DNA of 50,710 nucleotides from Oligoflexales bacterium (GTDB lineage Bacteria; Bdellovibrionota_B; Oligoflexia; Oligoflexales; Bog-1112): NCBI GenBank assembly GCA_045106415.1, contig JBGCEP010000042.1, positions 1 to 50,710 of the forward strand, read 5' to 3'. Shown piece by piece: positions 49,931 to 50,710 of this stretch (position 1 is its first letter; each line of letters starts with the position of its first letter). The notes under the pieces were generated by a model. It saw only the letters and a program-made list of their open reading frames with translations, ran no database searches and was not told where the DNA came from. The position numbers and the translations under genes were made by a program.

Positions 49931-50710
49931 GAGGCTGTCTGACGCTCAACTTGCTGTAATAATTTAGATATAGTCAAATCATCAGCATATTCCATATGAA
50001 AGGTGAAATATGCTGTATCCGACCTGTATGACTGATGATCAATGGCAAGTGGTTTCGCAACTCTTCCACGCGTTTGGATATTCAGATGCTGGGCGCAAGC
50101 ATCCTATCCGTTTGATTGTGGACGCTATTTTTTACGTTGTTGATAACGGCATAAAGTGGCGAGGATTACCAAATGACTTTCCACCTTGGAAGACGGTCTA
50201 TCATCATTTCAACCGTTGGTCCCGTGAACAGATTTGGGAGAGTCTCAATCTGAATTTAGTGGAAATAACGAGAGAAAAAGCCGGAAGGGAGCGATCACCA
50301 TCACTCGTATCTGTTGACTCTCAATCTCTTACGGCAGAGCCTGGTGTTTGGGGTCGAGGTTTGGATTGCAACAAAAAGGTTAACGGTCGTAAACGGCACA
50401 TTGCAGTTGATGTCATGGGGATGCTTTTGTCATGCGTTGTGATGTCAGCTAACCAACATGATCGACATGCAGGAGAAGTTATCACTGCACAGCTCAATGA
50501 CGATGAAAATTTTCCCAGACTTGAGAAGATCCTTGGGGATAAGGCTTATAGAGATGTTGGGATATCATGCAGAGTTCCTGCTTCTATCGAAGCGGACTGT
50601 AGAAAAGAGGGAGAAAAAGGCTTTGTACCACAGGCTTTCCGTTGGGTTGTAGAGAGATCATTTGCATGGCTGAATCGTCAAAGAAGACTTGTTAGGAACT
50701 ATGAAAAAAA
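49931..50710 (+). mobile_element. IS5-family element (IS1031-like), running off the window
   Basis: Terminus GAGGCTGTCTGAC after TAA. Confidence 0.85.
50010..50710 (+). CDS. tnp: IS5-family transposase (partial, absent from the ORF track)
   Basis: Manual translation: YPTCMTDDQW, WRGLPNDFPPWKTVY, VDSQS, GRKRHIAVD, GDKAY, RWVVERSFAWL. Confidence 0.93.
   Translation, partial: MLYPTCMTDDQWQVVSQLFHAFGYSDAGRKHPIRLIVDAIFYVVDNGIKWRGLPNDFPPWKTVYHHFNRWSREQIWESLNLNLVEITREKAGRERSPSLVSVDSQSLTAEPGVWGRGLDCNKKVNGRKRHIAVDVMGMLLSCVVMSANQHDRHAGEVITAQLNDDENFPRLEKILGDKAYRDVGISCRVPASIEADCRKEGEKGFVPQAFRWVVERSFAWLNRQRRLVRNYEK

Noticed and set aside
1..50710. CRISPR array, cas genes, rRNA or tRNA
   Set aside because: No regularly spaced direct repeats, cas motifs or cloverleaf/rRNA signatures were seen by eye

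Overview
AT-rich bacterial chromosomal window. The ccsA-hemA-hemC-hemD order suggests a deltaproteobacteria-like or Bdellovibrionota/Oligoflexia-type organism (inference). Housekeeping blocks are the hem operon, class II DAHP synthase, an SNF2-SWIM pair, ppk1-ppx, pepN, xseAB, thioredoxin and nadE. They are interleaved with many signal-peptide-bearing orphan proteins and four IS clusters (IS1380, IS66, IS630, IS3, IS5 and three decayed TnpB elements). The most notable signal is a set of exported proteins with eukaryote-directed features: a VPS9 (Rab5-GEF)-like domain, a C-terminal CaaX box, a protease with a GPI-like tail, and two ATP-dependent ligases (NadE and an amidoligase) with signal peptides. 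This suggests a host-associated lifestyle. Also notable: ppk1 apparently starts at ATC; a divergent ArsJ-like transporter has no gapdh partner; and a truncated tyrosine integrase is followed by an att-like array of four 13-bp repeats and a possible toxin-immunity cassette. No rRNA, tRNA or CRISPR array was seen. All family calls come from motif recognition by eye, not database searches.
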